From assembly GCF_008000775.2 (NCBI RefSeq), contig NZ_CP042905.2, positions 3,630,001 to 3,662,000 of the forward strand: a DNA stretch of 32,000 bases, written 5' to 3'. This DNA comes from Promethearchaeum syntrophicum (GTDB lineage: Archaea > Asgardarchaeota > Lokiarchaeia > Sigyniarchaeales > Promethearchaeaceae). The translations under genes and the position numbers were made by a program. Position 1 is the first letter of the stretch. The number at the start of each line of letters is the position of its first letter. The notes under the pieces were generated by a model, which searched no databases, was not told the DNA's origin, and saw only the letters and a program-made list of their open reading frames with translations. This document shows, one piece after another, positions 9,569 to 19,311 of this stretch.

Positions 9569-10672
9569 TTAATATGATTCCACGAAAAAGACATCCACAT
9601 TATGATCTGTCATAAAAACGTATACATCACCAGAAAGGATTTCAATCGCATCTGAATTCTTCTTAAGGTGCGCGTCCATGTGTAAGAGACCAAGTCCTTG
9701 TAAATATGCATGCCCTTCTTCAGCAGAACACAATATATCAAACGAAGGCATTTTTTCTTTAATTTTCTTTGACAAGGGAACATCTCCAAAAAATATTTCT
9801 GGGTGCTGTTTGATTAGATTATGAGTCGATTCTGCTTCCTTGCAGAAGTGCAAATGATCAGCATTATTAAGAACTACCATTAATTTGGGTTCTAATGTGC
9901 GTTTAAACATGTCATAGATCGATCTTACATCTACTAATGTATCATTCTGTGCTGCCAGGTATAGTGTTGCAATAGTGTGCTTCCAATCTAAGTTTAGGAT
10001 ATCGGAAAGCGGATTTGATTCTTTTAAGTCAGGAGAATTACCACCTATTGAAGCAATAGGAAGAGCTGCAGAAATTCTTGAATCACTAGATGCTACCATA
10101 AGAATGGTCCATCCTCCATAGCTGTACCCGGCCACGCCTATACTATTAACATCAATCATCTTTAATGGGATTTTTACCTTCTCAGATGTCATACAATCTA
10201 TAATGAATTTGATATCACTGGGGCGGTTCATGAAAATCTGTCTACTGAGTTCTGCTGTATTTGGAGGCATTCCTTTCTGAGTATGTTCTCTGTAGGTTAA
10301 TAAATCCAGATATGTATTACCTAAATGATCGGGTGCAGCTACAATATAACCGTGACTGGCTAAGTGAGTACATAAGTGTGAAGTTAAACGTCGATGAGCG
10401 CCATGTCCATGGGAAAAAACAATTAATGGATAAAATCCCTCGCGAATGTCTGCATCTCTAACCGCATTTTGAGATAAGGAGATGTCTCCTATTTGATATT
10501 TATCTTTCGTAGCTTCCTCAAAATCTTTATTCTTAAATTCATCTGTTGCGGGGAACCAAATCTCTGTAGGGAGTGTTCGATTTCTCTTTGGATCATGAAA
10601 GTTTTGGGTTATTACACCAACGGGAAATGGTCCACGATTAAAAGGATTATATTTTGCTTGATCTGTGCTCAT
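9569..10672 (-). CDS. Alpha/beta hydrolase, platelet-activating factor acetylhydrolase-like
   Basis: VIFSHGHGAHRR-like oxyanion region (VFSHGHGAHRRLTSHLCTHLASHGYIVAAPDHLGNT) and GYSYGG nucleophile elbow (GxSxG). Confidence 0.7.
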   Translation of the reverse strand: MSTDQAKYNPFNRGPFPVGVITQNFHDPKRNRTLPTEIWFPATDEFKNKDFEEATKDKYQIGDISLSQNAVRDADIREGFYPLIVFSHGHGAHRRLTSHLCTHLASHGYIVAAPDHLGNTYLDLLTYREHTQKGMPPNTAELSRQIFMNRPSDIKFIIDCMTSEKVKIPLKMIDVNSIGVAGYSYGGWTILMVASSDSRISAALPIASIGGNSPDLKESNPLSDILNLDWKHTIATLYLAAQNDTLVDVRSIYDMFKRTLEPKLMVVLNNADHLHFCKEAESTHNLIKQHPEIFFGDVPLSKKIKEKMPSFDILCSAEEGHAYLQGLGLLHMDAHLKKNSDAIEILSGDVYVFMTDHNVDVFFVESY

Positions 10673-10804
10673 TTTATCTACCTCTTTAAATAAAATTCTA
10701 AATTTATATTTGAATAGAGTTTTTTCTGAACAATAAAATTATTGTTGTTCAAAATATGACTTTAAAAGAATGAAAAATAAAAAAAAAAACTCTAAATTCA
10801 TTAA

Positions 10805-11692
10805 TTATTCTAAATCCCATTTCAATAAGGATTTAACAAGATTACCATGACTAAGCTCGCCCCTGGACATAAATTTTGCAAAGCGATTTTCACCCTTCTT
10901 CCATAGGAGGGTTACAATCTTCTTCACCACATCCTCAGTTTTAATCACACCTTGACTCCTCAATTGATCCTTAAATTGATGGACATCTAAGTGTAACTTT
11001 TCGATTTCATCTATTTTTTCCTTAAGAAATGTACGGGGATAGACCTTGGCATGGGCTACAAAGATACGCAAATCATCCATACCCTCTGTTAACTCATATA
11101 ATTTTTTTTGGGAAAAATAAATCTCCTTAATATTCTCTTGAATATCTTTACAACCACCCCCAAAAAGCATCTCATACCGTTTCATAAGGGCATCCCCCAC
11201 AAATAGAAGTTGATGCTCACGCTCGAGTAAAGCGGTTAGATCGGGTGAATGGCCTGGGGAGTTGATCAAATCAAAATTATATTTTCCTGATTTTGAGGAA
11301 ATATGATCACTAATTGGTTGGGTTGAAATAGGGGGTAACAATTTTCTGCCCCAGTATATTTGGCGGTACAATCGGTAAGATTTGAGGGATTCAAACTGTT
11401 TCTGAGTAGAGGGAGAACAGAAGATTGGAATATTCATTCGTTCTTGAAGAATTTTGGCACCTCCGGCATGATCCTCATGGAAATGTGTAAGATATACTTG
11501 GTTAATGCGATCATTTTCGGGTAATTGCGATGCCCATTCATAAATATCCTCACTCCCTGCAGGTGCACCGGTATCTATTAATAAACCATCTAATTTGTAA
11601 CTTGAAGTCCATTTTGGGATAGTGGCCAGCCAATGTTCGGATTTCCATTGCCATTCTAATATATCCCCATGCAATTTTGTACGAGTAATCAT
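10805..11692 (-). CDS. Metallo-beta-lactamase fold hydrolase
   Basis: LTHFHEDHAGG (THxHxDH), NSPGHSPD, LLFVGD and VAHAK motifs. Confidence 0.85.
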   Translation of the reverse strand: MITRTKLHGDILEWQWKSEHWLATIPKWTSSYKLDGLLIDTGAPAGSEDIYEWASQLPENDRINQVYLTHFHEDHAGGAKILQERMNIPIFCSPSTQKQFESLKSYRLYRQIYWGRKLLPPISTQPISDHISSKSGKYNFDLINSPGHSPDLTALLEREHQLLFVGDALMKRYEMLFGGGCKDIQENIKEIYFSQKKLYELTEGMDDLRIFVAHAKVYPRTFLKEKIDEIEKLHLDVHQFKDQLRSQGVIKTEDVVKKIVTLLWKKGENRFAKFMSRGELSHGNLVKSLLKWDLE

Positions 11693-11931
11693 TTTAAGTT
11701 ATTCTCCTAATTAATCCAATTTAAATAAAACCTTTGCTATCTTGTCGACAGTTCGTAATCCAGAACTGTAATTCGGGTAAAAAATTTTCCTTATAGGATA
11801 AGGGTGTAAAAATTACTTTAAAAACTTTAATCTTTTTTGCATTTAAGATATTTGTAAGTCGTTTAACCCATTAATTTATAAGTTAAACCAATTTGGTGAG
11901 ATAGAAAAAAAAATAAAAATAGATATAAAAA

Positions 11932-12693
11932 TTATCGAGCAGAAATTGCCACGCGTTCTAATTCATCCTTGCGTTTAACTGCACGTGAATTAGTATCGTT
12001 GCGACCAGCCAAGATTAATTCATTAGCTAATAATTCATCAATAGTTTTAATATTATTATATGCAAGCCCTACTGTTCCTTGAACAATCAACTTTAAAGCT
12101 AAATCAACTCTGCGTTGTGGTGAGATATCAACGGCCTGTTGATAACTGATACCACCGAGTGATATTCGGGTTGTTTCTTCTTTTGGAGCTGCATTTTCTA
12201 TAGCATTAATTAACACTTGAATCGGATTCTCTCCGGTCTTATTTTCAATAATTGCAAAAGCATTGTAGATGATATTGATTATTTTTTGCTTCTTACCCAT
12301 GTTGAGTGATGAACCGCGTCCTTTGATTCGCTTACCCACTAATCCCGGAGTCATGATCTTGTTAATAAAACGTTCAACAATGGAGATATGTTCCGTCTTC
12401 CAGAACTTTTTATGTTGATGTTTCCCACCTGAATGCGGAATAATAACGGGGGTTAAATTAATGTAACTTTGCAAGCTTAAATCTTTCACTTCAGTACCTT
12501 CAAAAGACCAGCGATTAAATAACAAAATCTCTTGTCCTGTTTTCTTTTTTGGTGCAGGTTCACTTTCATCAGCAGGTTGAGGTTCTACAGTCGGTTCTTC
12601 CGGAGAAGGTTTACTTTCTTCCACTTTCTCTTCGGATTTCTCTTCTTTTGGTTCTTCCGGCTTTGCCTCATCTGTTTTCTTCTTTCGTGCCAT
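11932..12693 (-). CDS. rps7: 30S ribosomal protein S7 (uS7) with a charged N-terminal extension
   Basis: S7 core (LFNRWSFEGTEVKDLSLQSYINL..., NPIQVLINAIENAAPKEETTRISLGGISYQQAVDISPQRRVDLAL...); located directly downstream of S12. Confidence 0.95.
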   Translation of the reverse strand: MARKKKTDEAKPEEPKEEKSEEKVEESKPSPEEPTVEPQPADESEPAPKKKTGQEILLFNRWSFEGTEVKDLSLQSYINLTPVIIPHSGGKHQHKKFWKTEHISIVERFINKIMTPGLVGKRIKGRGSSLNMGKKQKIINIIYNAFAIIENKTGENPIQVLINAIENAAPKEETTRISLGGISYQQAVDISPQRRVDLALKLIVQGTVGLAYNNIKTIDELLANELILAGRNDTNSRAVKRKDELERVAISAR

Positions 12694-12713
12694 TTTTTTT
12701 CACCTTTTAGAGC

Positions 12714-13157
12714 TTAACGAACTGCCCTCTCCTTCTTTCCAGAGATTAAAGCATCTAAACTTACACCGTTCACTTTAATTACTTTCCATCGAATACCTGG
12801 TAAATCTCCAACAGCACCTCCCATAGCTCCACCGATTCCAACTATTGACACACTGTCGTGTTCTTCAACGAATGTTAGTGCGGAATCTCCTGGTAGAAAT
12901 GCGGACACTTGTTTACCATTTTTTCTTAATTGAACTCTTACACATTTTCTGATTGCAGAGTTAGGTTGTTTTGATTCGATACCGATTTTCTCAAGTACAA
13001 TTCCTTCAGCCATTGGAGCGGCTTCTAGTGGATCGGTTTTTCTTTTAATCTTCAAAACTCTTCGCTTGTATTTAACATCTTTCCATTGAAAGTGTTTTCG
13101 CTTCTTCGCTAGAGCACGTGCTGCGTATTCGCCTCTAGGGGACTTTGATCTTGCCAT
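12714..13157 (-). CDS. rps12: 30S ribosomal protein S12 (uS12)
   Basis: [49 protein letters not shown] is the conserved S12 core. Confidence 0.97.
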   Translation of the reverse strand: MARSKSPRGEYAARALAKKRKHFQWKDVKYKRRVLKIKRKTDPLEAAPMAEGIVLEKIGIESKQPNSAIRKCVRVQLRKNGKQVSAFLPGDSALTFVEEHDSVSIVGIGGAMGGAVGDLPGIRWKVIKVNGVSLDALISGKKERAVR

Positions 13158-13522
13158 TATTTTATCACCTTTAATATGCTGGAGTTTCCTTCAGAAAGAA
13201 TTCCAACAGTAGATACCCAAAAAGGTTTTGCGCAAACAGCTCCAAGATCCCAGCTGGAGTTTTTTGAAGTAAAGATAGGTACGGGTGTTTCTAAACAATT
13301 ATTAAATAGTTTAATTTGATCTACTACCTGTTTGGGGGCATTATTTGCTAAGATTAACAATTTTAAATCTCCCATGGATAGTTGTTTTAGTACGGATTTT
13401 GTTCCTAGTAATACCTTCCCAGTTTTCACTGCAACATTAATCTCTTTGTTCTCATCGAACGAGAGCTTTGCACTGGTGCGCTTTCTTTTCTTGAGTTTTT
13501 GTTGACCTCGTTTATAGGACAT
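13157..13522 (-). CDS. rpl30e: 50S ribosomal protein L30e
   Basis: L30e-like fold sequence ([36 protein letters not shown]...), immediately upstream of S12 with a 1-nt overlap. Confidence 0.85.
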   Translation of the reverse strand: MSYKRGQQKLKKRKRTSAKLSFDENKEINVAVKTGKVLLGTKSVLKQLSMGDLKLLILANNAPKQVVDQIKLFNNCLETPVPIFTSKNSSWDLGAVCAKPFWVSTVGILSEGNSSILKVIK

Positions 13523-13668
13523 ATTTTTTCAACTCGATATTTCCTAAAAGGAAAAATGAAGCATAAATAAAAAAATTTGTGAATAGAACGGTTTAATAAT
13601 ATTTTCAGAATGTTTTTTCTTTGAAAATTTTAATAATCTACATATAAATTTAATAAAGCAAAATTGTA

Positions 13669-14325
13669 TTGTTTTTACATAAAATGATTGATAATTCCGT
13701 TTCAAACTTCGATTTAATTTACCCAAAAGAATCTAAATTGAATAATAATCCTGAAAAAATGTTTATATTCTCAGTTCTGACATATTTTATTGTAATAGGA
13801 TTATTTTTAATTCTATCTGCTTCTGGAGTTGTTGAATTCATACCGAATTACGAAAGTTCCAGAATAATTATTTTGGTTTTTGCAATATCTTGGAATTCTG
13901 CAATTCTGATTATAATCGTTGGTCTTCTGATTAATTCGAATAAGAACATAAAGATTAATTCCGAGAATTTTAATCAGTACACTCAAGAATATCAATCTCA
14001 ACGAATTGAAATGGAACAGATTACTAGATCACATGATTATCTATCTCCACAATTTATCGAAACCAAAAAAAAATTAATCCGAGCTTTTTATATTATGTCT
14101 TTTTTTCTTTCTTTTGTGTTTTTACTTCTCTTGGCTATTGGCATATTATTAATTTTATATTCGGTTGGTATTTTTGATTTCGGTTTAGAAAATCCTTCTT
14201 TTAATATAATCCGTAGTATATTTGCTGGGATTTGGAACATAAGTTTATTTTTTGCATTCAATAAAATTATTAAATCTTTTACAAGGTTACAGAAAAAGAC
14301 AACTAAAAAATTCAGCTTTATGTAA
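13669..14325 (+). CDS. Small membrane protein with four predicted TM segments and a central charged helix; unknown function
   Basis: 218-aa ORF with paired hydrophobic segments around a charged stretch (ENFNQYTQEYQSQRIEMEQITRS). Confidence 0.6.
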   Translation: MFLHKMIDNSVSNFDLIYPKESKLNNNPEKMFIFSVLTYFIVIGLFLILSASGVVEFIPNYESSRIIILVFAISWNSAILIIIVGLLINSNKNIKINSENFNQYTQEYQSQRIEMEQITRSHDYLSPQFIETKKKLIRAFYIMSFFLSFVFLLLLAIGILLILYSVGIFDFGLENPSFNIIRSIFAGIWNISLFFAFNKIIKSFTRLQKKTTKKFSFM

Positions 14326-14418
14326 AATTTTTTTTGGAAAAATTATATCATTGCAGAAACCCGATCTATTATTTGGATAGGAACCACTGAAATTTTGGGA
14401 GGTATTGGTAGGAAATAC

Positions 14419-14745
14419 TTATCTCTCAGTTTTTTCTAAAAGATCAAAATATAACCGTTTGAATAACGATAATTCTCGTTCTAATTCTTTAATTGTTTGT
14501 TTTAAATCCCCTTCATTGTTAAAACCGAATTCTGCAGTATAACAGAATATGTTAGTGGAAATGGCTAAATGAGTATTTTTTTCATCTTTCATGTATCCTA
14601 AAGAAACTTGTAATCCAGAGAAACAGATATACCCGATTTCTCCATCCGATAATTTACTACCCACTGAAGCATCAGCATGCAATTCTTTTCTTATACTTAG
14701 TGTGGTTAAAGTAGATATAAAAATGCATTTAAAAAAAGAGGTTAA
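14419..14745 (-). pseudogene. Decayed fragment of an AMP-dependent acyl-CoA synthetase/ligase (similar to 22368..24083)
   Basis: LSIRKELHADASVGSKLSDGEIGYICFSGLQVSLGYMKDEKNTHLAISTNIFCYTAEFG aligns with LSIRKEMNEDGSAGLELSGGEIGHICFSGSQVFLGYLNDEEKTRRTISTDGFCYTGDLG. Similarity extends upstream of the only start codon (TTG, 14682); an in-frame TGA lies at about 14746-14748. Confidence 0.8.
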
Positions 14746-14855
14746 TCATTAAAATAATTCTTTTCTATCATTTCAACAAATAGGTAAAATACAATAACGT
14801 TTTATTTTGTAATGTTTTATGTTATTATATTTAAAAAAAGGAAGAATGGTAGATT

Positions 14856-17165
14856 TTGATCATCGACATTTATGATAAAAAAACACAGAAAATAATGCTT
14901 TTAGTATGGGTTATTTCTGTCGTTGGTTCAGGCGTTATTTACTCAATAGTAAAGCCTTTAAGTCGGACTGATGTGGATTATATAGCAATAGAGGGTAATT
15001 TTCAATTAAATGCATTCTTTTCAGATCAATCAATGGATGGTGAATCTTGGGATACTGCTTATGTTTTTAAAAACTTCAAGTTTGATATCCCGGATGATAA
15101 TTATGGTTTAATTCTAAATAATACGGATAAGTTTATTATTATTAAGGATTGTGAATTTAAATGTAAGAGATACAGTGACTCGTATGGAATATATATATTC
15201 AATAGTGAAAATATAAAAATTGACAGCATTAATTTAAAATATTGCGATATTGGAACAAATATAATAAATTCTTCTAATATTGAAGTTTCCAATACAGATT
15301 TTGGAACCAATTCTCGATACGGTACAATCTTGGAAAATAGTACGAATATCAACCTTAATAAAAATACATATCTGGGACGATCTACATATGACATTAGTAT
15401 TAGGTCTTCAAACAATTGTTCTTTAATACAGAACAAAATGATATACAGTGGATTATCTATATCTCTTCAAGATAATCCTTCTTCTCAATTAATGATTGAT
15501 TCTTCTAATACAATAAATAATCAACCAATCTATTATTATGAAAACATATCTCATTTAAACATAAACTTCAATCAACAAATAGGTCAATTACTTCTTAACA
15601 ATTGTTCTGAAAGTACCTTTAGCAATGCATATATCACGAGCACTAAATCAAATGTGATCATTACTAATTCAAAATTAAATCACTTTAATAACATCTCTTC
15701 TACTGAATCAACTGGTTATGGTATTAATATGCATAATTCACCCAATAACACGTTTTCATCATGTAATATATCTGAAAACAATGTAGGGTTTCAAATATCT
15801 TATTCTAACAATGCAACGATAATTGAAAATGAATTATCAAATAATTCTGAAGGAATTTATCATGAATATTCAAACAATTTAATTTTGAAAGAAAATTTAA
15901 TTTTTAATGAGATATCATCTGAGGTTGTCGTTGGTTTAAATCTAGATCACAGCAATAACAATACCATTGATAGTAATAGATTTTATTCTCATTATGAATA
16001 TGAGGGTATAGGAGGTAAATTGTATTATTCAGAATATAATAGTTTTATCAATAATTCGTTTTATGGGGAAACCGCAATTCATAATGTGTATTATTCACCC
16101 TATAATACCTATGTAAATAATAAATTTATTAACTGCTCCCTTAGTAAATCAATACTACTGGCAGATGAGTTCGATTCATCCAATATCCTTAACGGAAAAG
16201 AATTTTCTCTTAACAGAGACAAAGATGAATTTCAAGTTGAAGATCTCACTGATATTTCTCTTCTGATGTTGGATAATTGCTCCAATTTTGATGTCTCCAA
16301 TTTAAACTTTTCAAATATCGAATATTGTCCTATTATTATAAATGATTGTGAGAATTTTACAATTTCCAATTTAAACATCGAAACAAAGGGATATGGAATA
16401 GATATTTATCAGGGCAATATTGGAATCATTTCTGATTGCACCGTTTATGCAACTAGTTATGCTATTTATTTCTATTTGTGCAATAATCTGACAATTTATG
16501 AAAATGAAATTAACTATTCGAAAAATGGGATTTATATTCAAAGCAGTGATGACATCACCGTTTCTAATAATATTATTAGTAGCATACGAACAAATTCTAC
16601 GTCTTCTTTCAGTGATGGTGTTGAAGGAACGCATTCTGATCGAATAAAAATAACCAATAATATTATTGATTGTGATGGTCAAGGAATTTATTTGTATCAA
16701 TGTAATATCTCCAGAATTAACGAAAATCAAATAATAATGTCTAATGTAGGTATCACACTTTCTTCTTTTGATGATGATGATGATTATTCTATCCTTGGAA
16801 ATAATATCACATACATTAGTAGTTGTATTTCCATTATCATTGATGGAGTTCAAATAACAAATAATACTTTAAATGAAACGAATACATGCAATTACCACGG
16901 AATTAATGATGATCCAAATCTACCAGAGAATGACTATATTGATAATTTCGGCTTGAATATTGCTATTCTCTTACTACTAATGGCATTCTCTATTACAGTA
17001 ATAGGGTTAATTTTTCTTAAAATAAAAAAATATGAAAATAAGGAACTAATTAGTCCAACGGAATTTAGGTCTCAGATTGACCCAACGGAATTAGATGGAT
17101 TTAAGACAACAAAGGACCAAAATGAAGCAACGGAACATAATGAAACAAAGGAGCTGAAAGAATAA
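14856..17165 (+). CDS. Membrane-anchored right-handed parallel beta-helix (NosD/CASH-like) ectodomain protein
   Basis: N-terminal TM (IMLLVWVISVVGSGVIYSIV), about 650 aa of N-x-I-x-x-N-x-I beta-helix-type repeats, C-terminal TM (IAILLLLMAFSITVIGLIFL), charged tail. Confidence 0.85.
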   Translation: MIIDIYDKKTQKIMLLVWVISVVGSGVIYSIVKPLSRTDVDYIAIEGNFQLNAFFSDQSMDGESWDTAYVFKNFKFDIPDDNYGLILNNTDKFIIIKDCEFKCKRYSDSYGIYIFNSENIKIDSINLKYCDIGTNIINSSNIEVSNTDFGTNSRYGTILENSTNINLNKNTYLGRSTYDISIRSSNNCSLIQNKMIYSGLSISLQDNPSSQLMIDSSNTINNQPIYYYENISHLNINFNQQIGQLLLNNCSESTFSNAYITSTKSNVIITNSKLNHFNNISSTESTGYGINMHNSPNNTFSSCNISENNVGFQISYSNNATIIENELSNNSEGIYHEYSNNLILKENLIFNEISSEVVVGLNLDHSNNNTIDSNRFYSHYEYEGIGGKLYYSEYNSFINNSFYGETAIHNVYYSPYNTYVNNKFINCSLSKSILLADEFDSSNILNGKEFSLNRDKDEFQVEDLTDISLLMLDNCSNFDVSNLNFSNIEYCPIIINDCENFTISNLNIETKGYGIDIYQGNIGIISDCTVYATSYAIYFYLCNNLTIYENEINYSKNGIYIQSSDDITVSNNIISSIRTNSTSSFSDGVEGTHSDRIKITNNIIDCDGQGIYLYQCNISRINENQIIMSNVGITLSSFDDDDDYSILGNNITYISSCISIIIDGVQITNNTLNETNTCNYHGINDDPNLPENDYIDNFGLNIAILLLLMAFSITVIGLIFLKIKKYENKELISPTEFRSQIDPTELDGFKTTKDQNEATEHNETKELKE

Positions 17166-17166
17166 A

Positions 17167-19308
17167 ATGTCAAATAATGGAAATTTAACTAAAAATTCAG
17201 AATTGCACCATGGGAAAGGGTCTATGGATCCTGATAAAGACCCAGATAATGACTTGAATTTTGAGTTTAGATATAAAAATGACAAATTTTTGACTAAAAA
17301 ACTTATTAATCGTATAGAAACCCTCTCGTTTGATATTCCTAAAGATGAAAAAATTACTGCCATGTTCTGTGACCTTCAATGGGATGATTCAACACCATTT
17401 TTTGTGATTTATCTAATACCATTAATTTTTTCTATGTCGATGATGATCCCAGGATTTTTGATTGATGGAATGTCAATAATATCGCTTTTTATTTTACCAT
17501 TAGGTTTATTATTATCATATATTATTATAATTCTTATTACAAAAACGAGACCTTTCAAGATTTTGCTTTTTACAGAGAAATCTATCAATTCAATTCATTT
17601 ATTTAGAAGTGGGTCGTTTCATAAATATATCCCCTATGACAGAATCTCATTTCTTGCTATTGATAAAAATACCATATCGATAGAAGATAAAAATAAAAAG
17701 GCTTACATCAAATTTTCCATGAATTATAATAAAAATACGTTTCTAAAAACAGTAAGAGAGTTGATATATAATCACTTGGGAGAAAATTCTCTAGTAGAAT
17801 ATGAAAATGATATAATTAAGACGCGAGTTGAAGATTTAAAAGAAAAAATTGAAACCTCTAAATCAGGAAAATTTGCGGAAAAAAATAGAAAAAAAAGGTT
17901 TAAAGAAATTGAAGGACTAAGCGTCCCAATAAAAATAGGATTGCACAATTATAATTCTAATGAAAATAGTGTTAAGTTAATTAAGAAGAAAATTAGATCA
18001 TCCAAAACGACAATAATCGTCTCAATACTTATTGTAATTCCAATTATTGTCCTCATCACAATCTTTTTCTCTTCATCCTTAACAGTTATGATAATGACAT
18101 TTATAATAGGTCCGTTGATATTAGGTGTTTTTATTATTATTTCAATTCAAGAATATCATAGACTAACGAATTTTACAAATTCAGATAAATCTACAATACG
18201 GATATTGGAAGATGGCTTGGAGATAATTAATAACGACAATAAAGATCTTGGTGGCGTGATTAAAGTGCCGTTTAAGACCGATATGATTATTAAACCATAT
18301 GGTTATATAAATCCCAGCTACTCGAAATATAGTATTAATTATAATACTATTGATATTTTAAGATGGCTTCATCCACAATACAAAATTAAGATTGGAAAAA
18401 TAGAAAATATTCGGGATTTCTACAATAACCTCTACATAGCTTATTTTAAATGGTATAAATCCACCCAAGGTGACAAGATCCTTTCAACGGATGAAATTTT
18501 TAACAAATTTATACATACTGATGATTTCAACAAGAAATTGTATAATACTATGAAACAATCAATTCAAAACTTCCTATGTGATGTAAAACGTTCCACTTAT
18601 CGTTTTAATAGGATTGAATCTATCATGAAAACTGTCAATCTGACGGATATTGACGAAATAAAAAAACCATTAAAAAAACTAGAAGATCTTCCTGAAATAA
18701 TTGAGATTCCAGAAGGAGTGATAAATCCTGATTGTGGCTCTGAATCTGAAGGGGATAAAATCAGAACTAGGGATTTACTTGAGTGGAGTCTTATTTATCC
18801 AAAAGAATTCTACCAATTTTATATAAATGATGATGAAAAGATACTATTTGCCTATCATCCATCAAGTAACATAAAAATCGGAACTTTTGTAAAAAGAATC
18901 GTTGTTTTAGTTACATTATTTTTTATATCAACCTATTCAGTTTATCTATTATCTGATGAGATTGTTTCGGCATTATTTCTAACTACTATTCTTTTTCTCT
19001 GCCCGATTTTTAAAATTTTCACTGGAATAGACACATACAAAAGAGAAATAATCTTTACTGATAAGAAAATTCTTAACTTGAGTTATATGAATCTATATTT
19101 TACAACCTATACCAATATTGAAAAAGCTTCAAAATATCACCAGAAATCGGATAAAATCCTCAAAAAATTAGTCCTCTCTCTAAAAACAAATGCTACAAGT
19201 ACCACAAATATAAATATTCATTCAATTAATATAAAAAAACTTCCCCTAAACTCACCAATCTTTGCGATATTATCTAAAAAAGGTGTTTCATTATATAGGA
19301 GTGATTAA
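17167..19308 (+). CDS. Polytopic membrane protein with three apparent TM-pair + beta-rich (bacterial PH-like) units
   Basis: 713 aa. Hydrophobic pairs near aa 75-125, 280-330 and 540-590 are each followed by a soluble beta-rich segment. Starts 1 nt after the previous stop. Confidence 0.7.
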   Translation: MSNNGNLTKNSELHHGKGSMDPDKDPDNDLNFEFRYKNDKFLTKKLINRIETLSFDIPKDEKITAMFCDLQWDDSTPFFVIYLIPLIFSMSMMIPGFLIDGMSIISLFILPLGLLLSYIIIILITKTRPFKILLFTEKSINSIHLFRSGSFHKYIPYDRISFLAIDKNTISIEDKNKKAYIKFSMNYNKNTFLKTVRELIYNHLGENSLVEYENDIIKTRVEDLKEKIETSKSGKFAEKNRKKRFKEIEGLSVPIKIGLHNYNSNENSVKLIKKKIRSSKTTIIVSILIVIPIIVLITIFFSSSLTVMIMTFIIGPLILGVFIIISIQEYHRLTNFTNSDKSTIRILEDGLEIINNDNKDLGGVIKVPFKTDMIIKPYGYINPSYSKYSINYNTIDILRWLHPQYKIKIGKIENIRDFYNNLYIAYFKWYKSTQGDKILSTDEIFNKFIHTDDFNKKLYNTMKQSIQNFLCDVKRSTYRFNRIESIMKTVNLTDIDEIKKPLKKLEDLPEIIEIPEGVINPDCGSESEGDKIRTRDLLEWSLIYPKEFYQFYINDDEKILFAYHPSSNIKIGTFVKRIVVLVTLFFISTYSVYLLSDEIVSALFLTTILFLCPIFKIFTGIDTYKREIIFTDKKILNLSYMNLYFTTYTNIEKASKYHQKSDKILKKLVLSLKTNATSTTNINIHSINIKKLPLNSPIFAILSKKGVSLYRSD

Positions 19309-19311
19309 ATA

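Noticed and set aside
13544-13726. 60-aa minus-strand ORF overlapping the start of 13669..14325
   Set aside because: Short, AT-rich, no recognisable motif; likely chance, though it lies upstream of rpl30e.
16371-16853. 160-aa minus-strand ORF inside the beta-helix gene
   Set aside because: Low-complexity Ile/Asn antisense of a clearly coding repetitive gene; no family features.
14856-17165. Tandem-repeat DNA or CRISPR-like array in the beta-helix gene
   Set aside because: Repetition is at the protein level (irregular beta-helix turns) with no exact regularly spaced nucleotide repeats. No CRISPR array was seen anywhere in the window.
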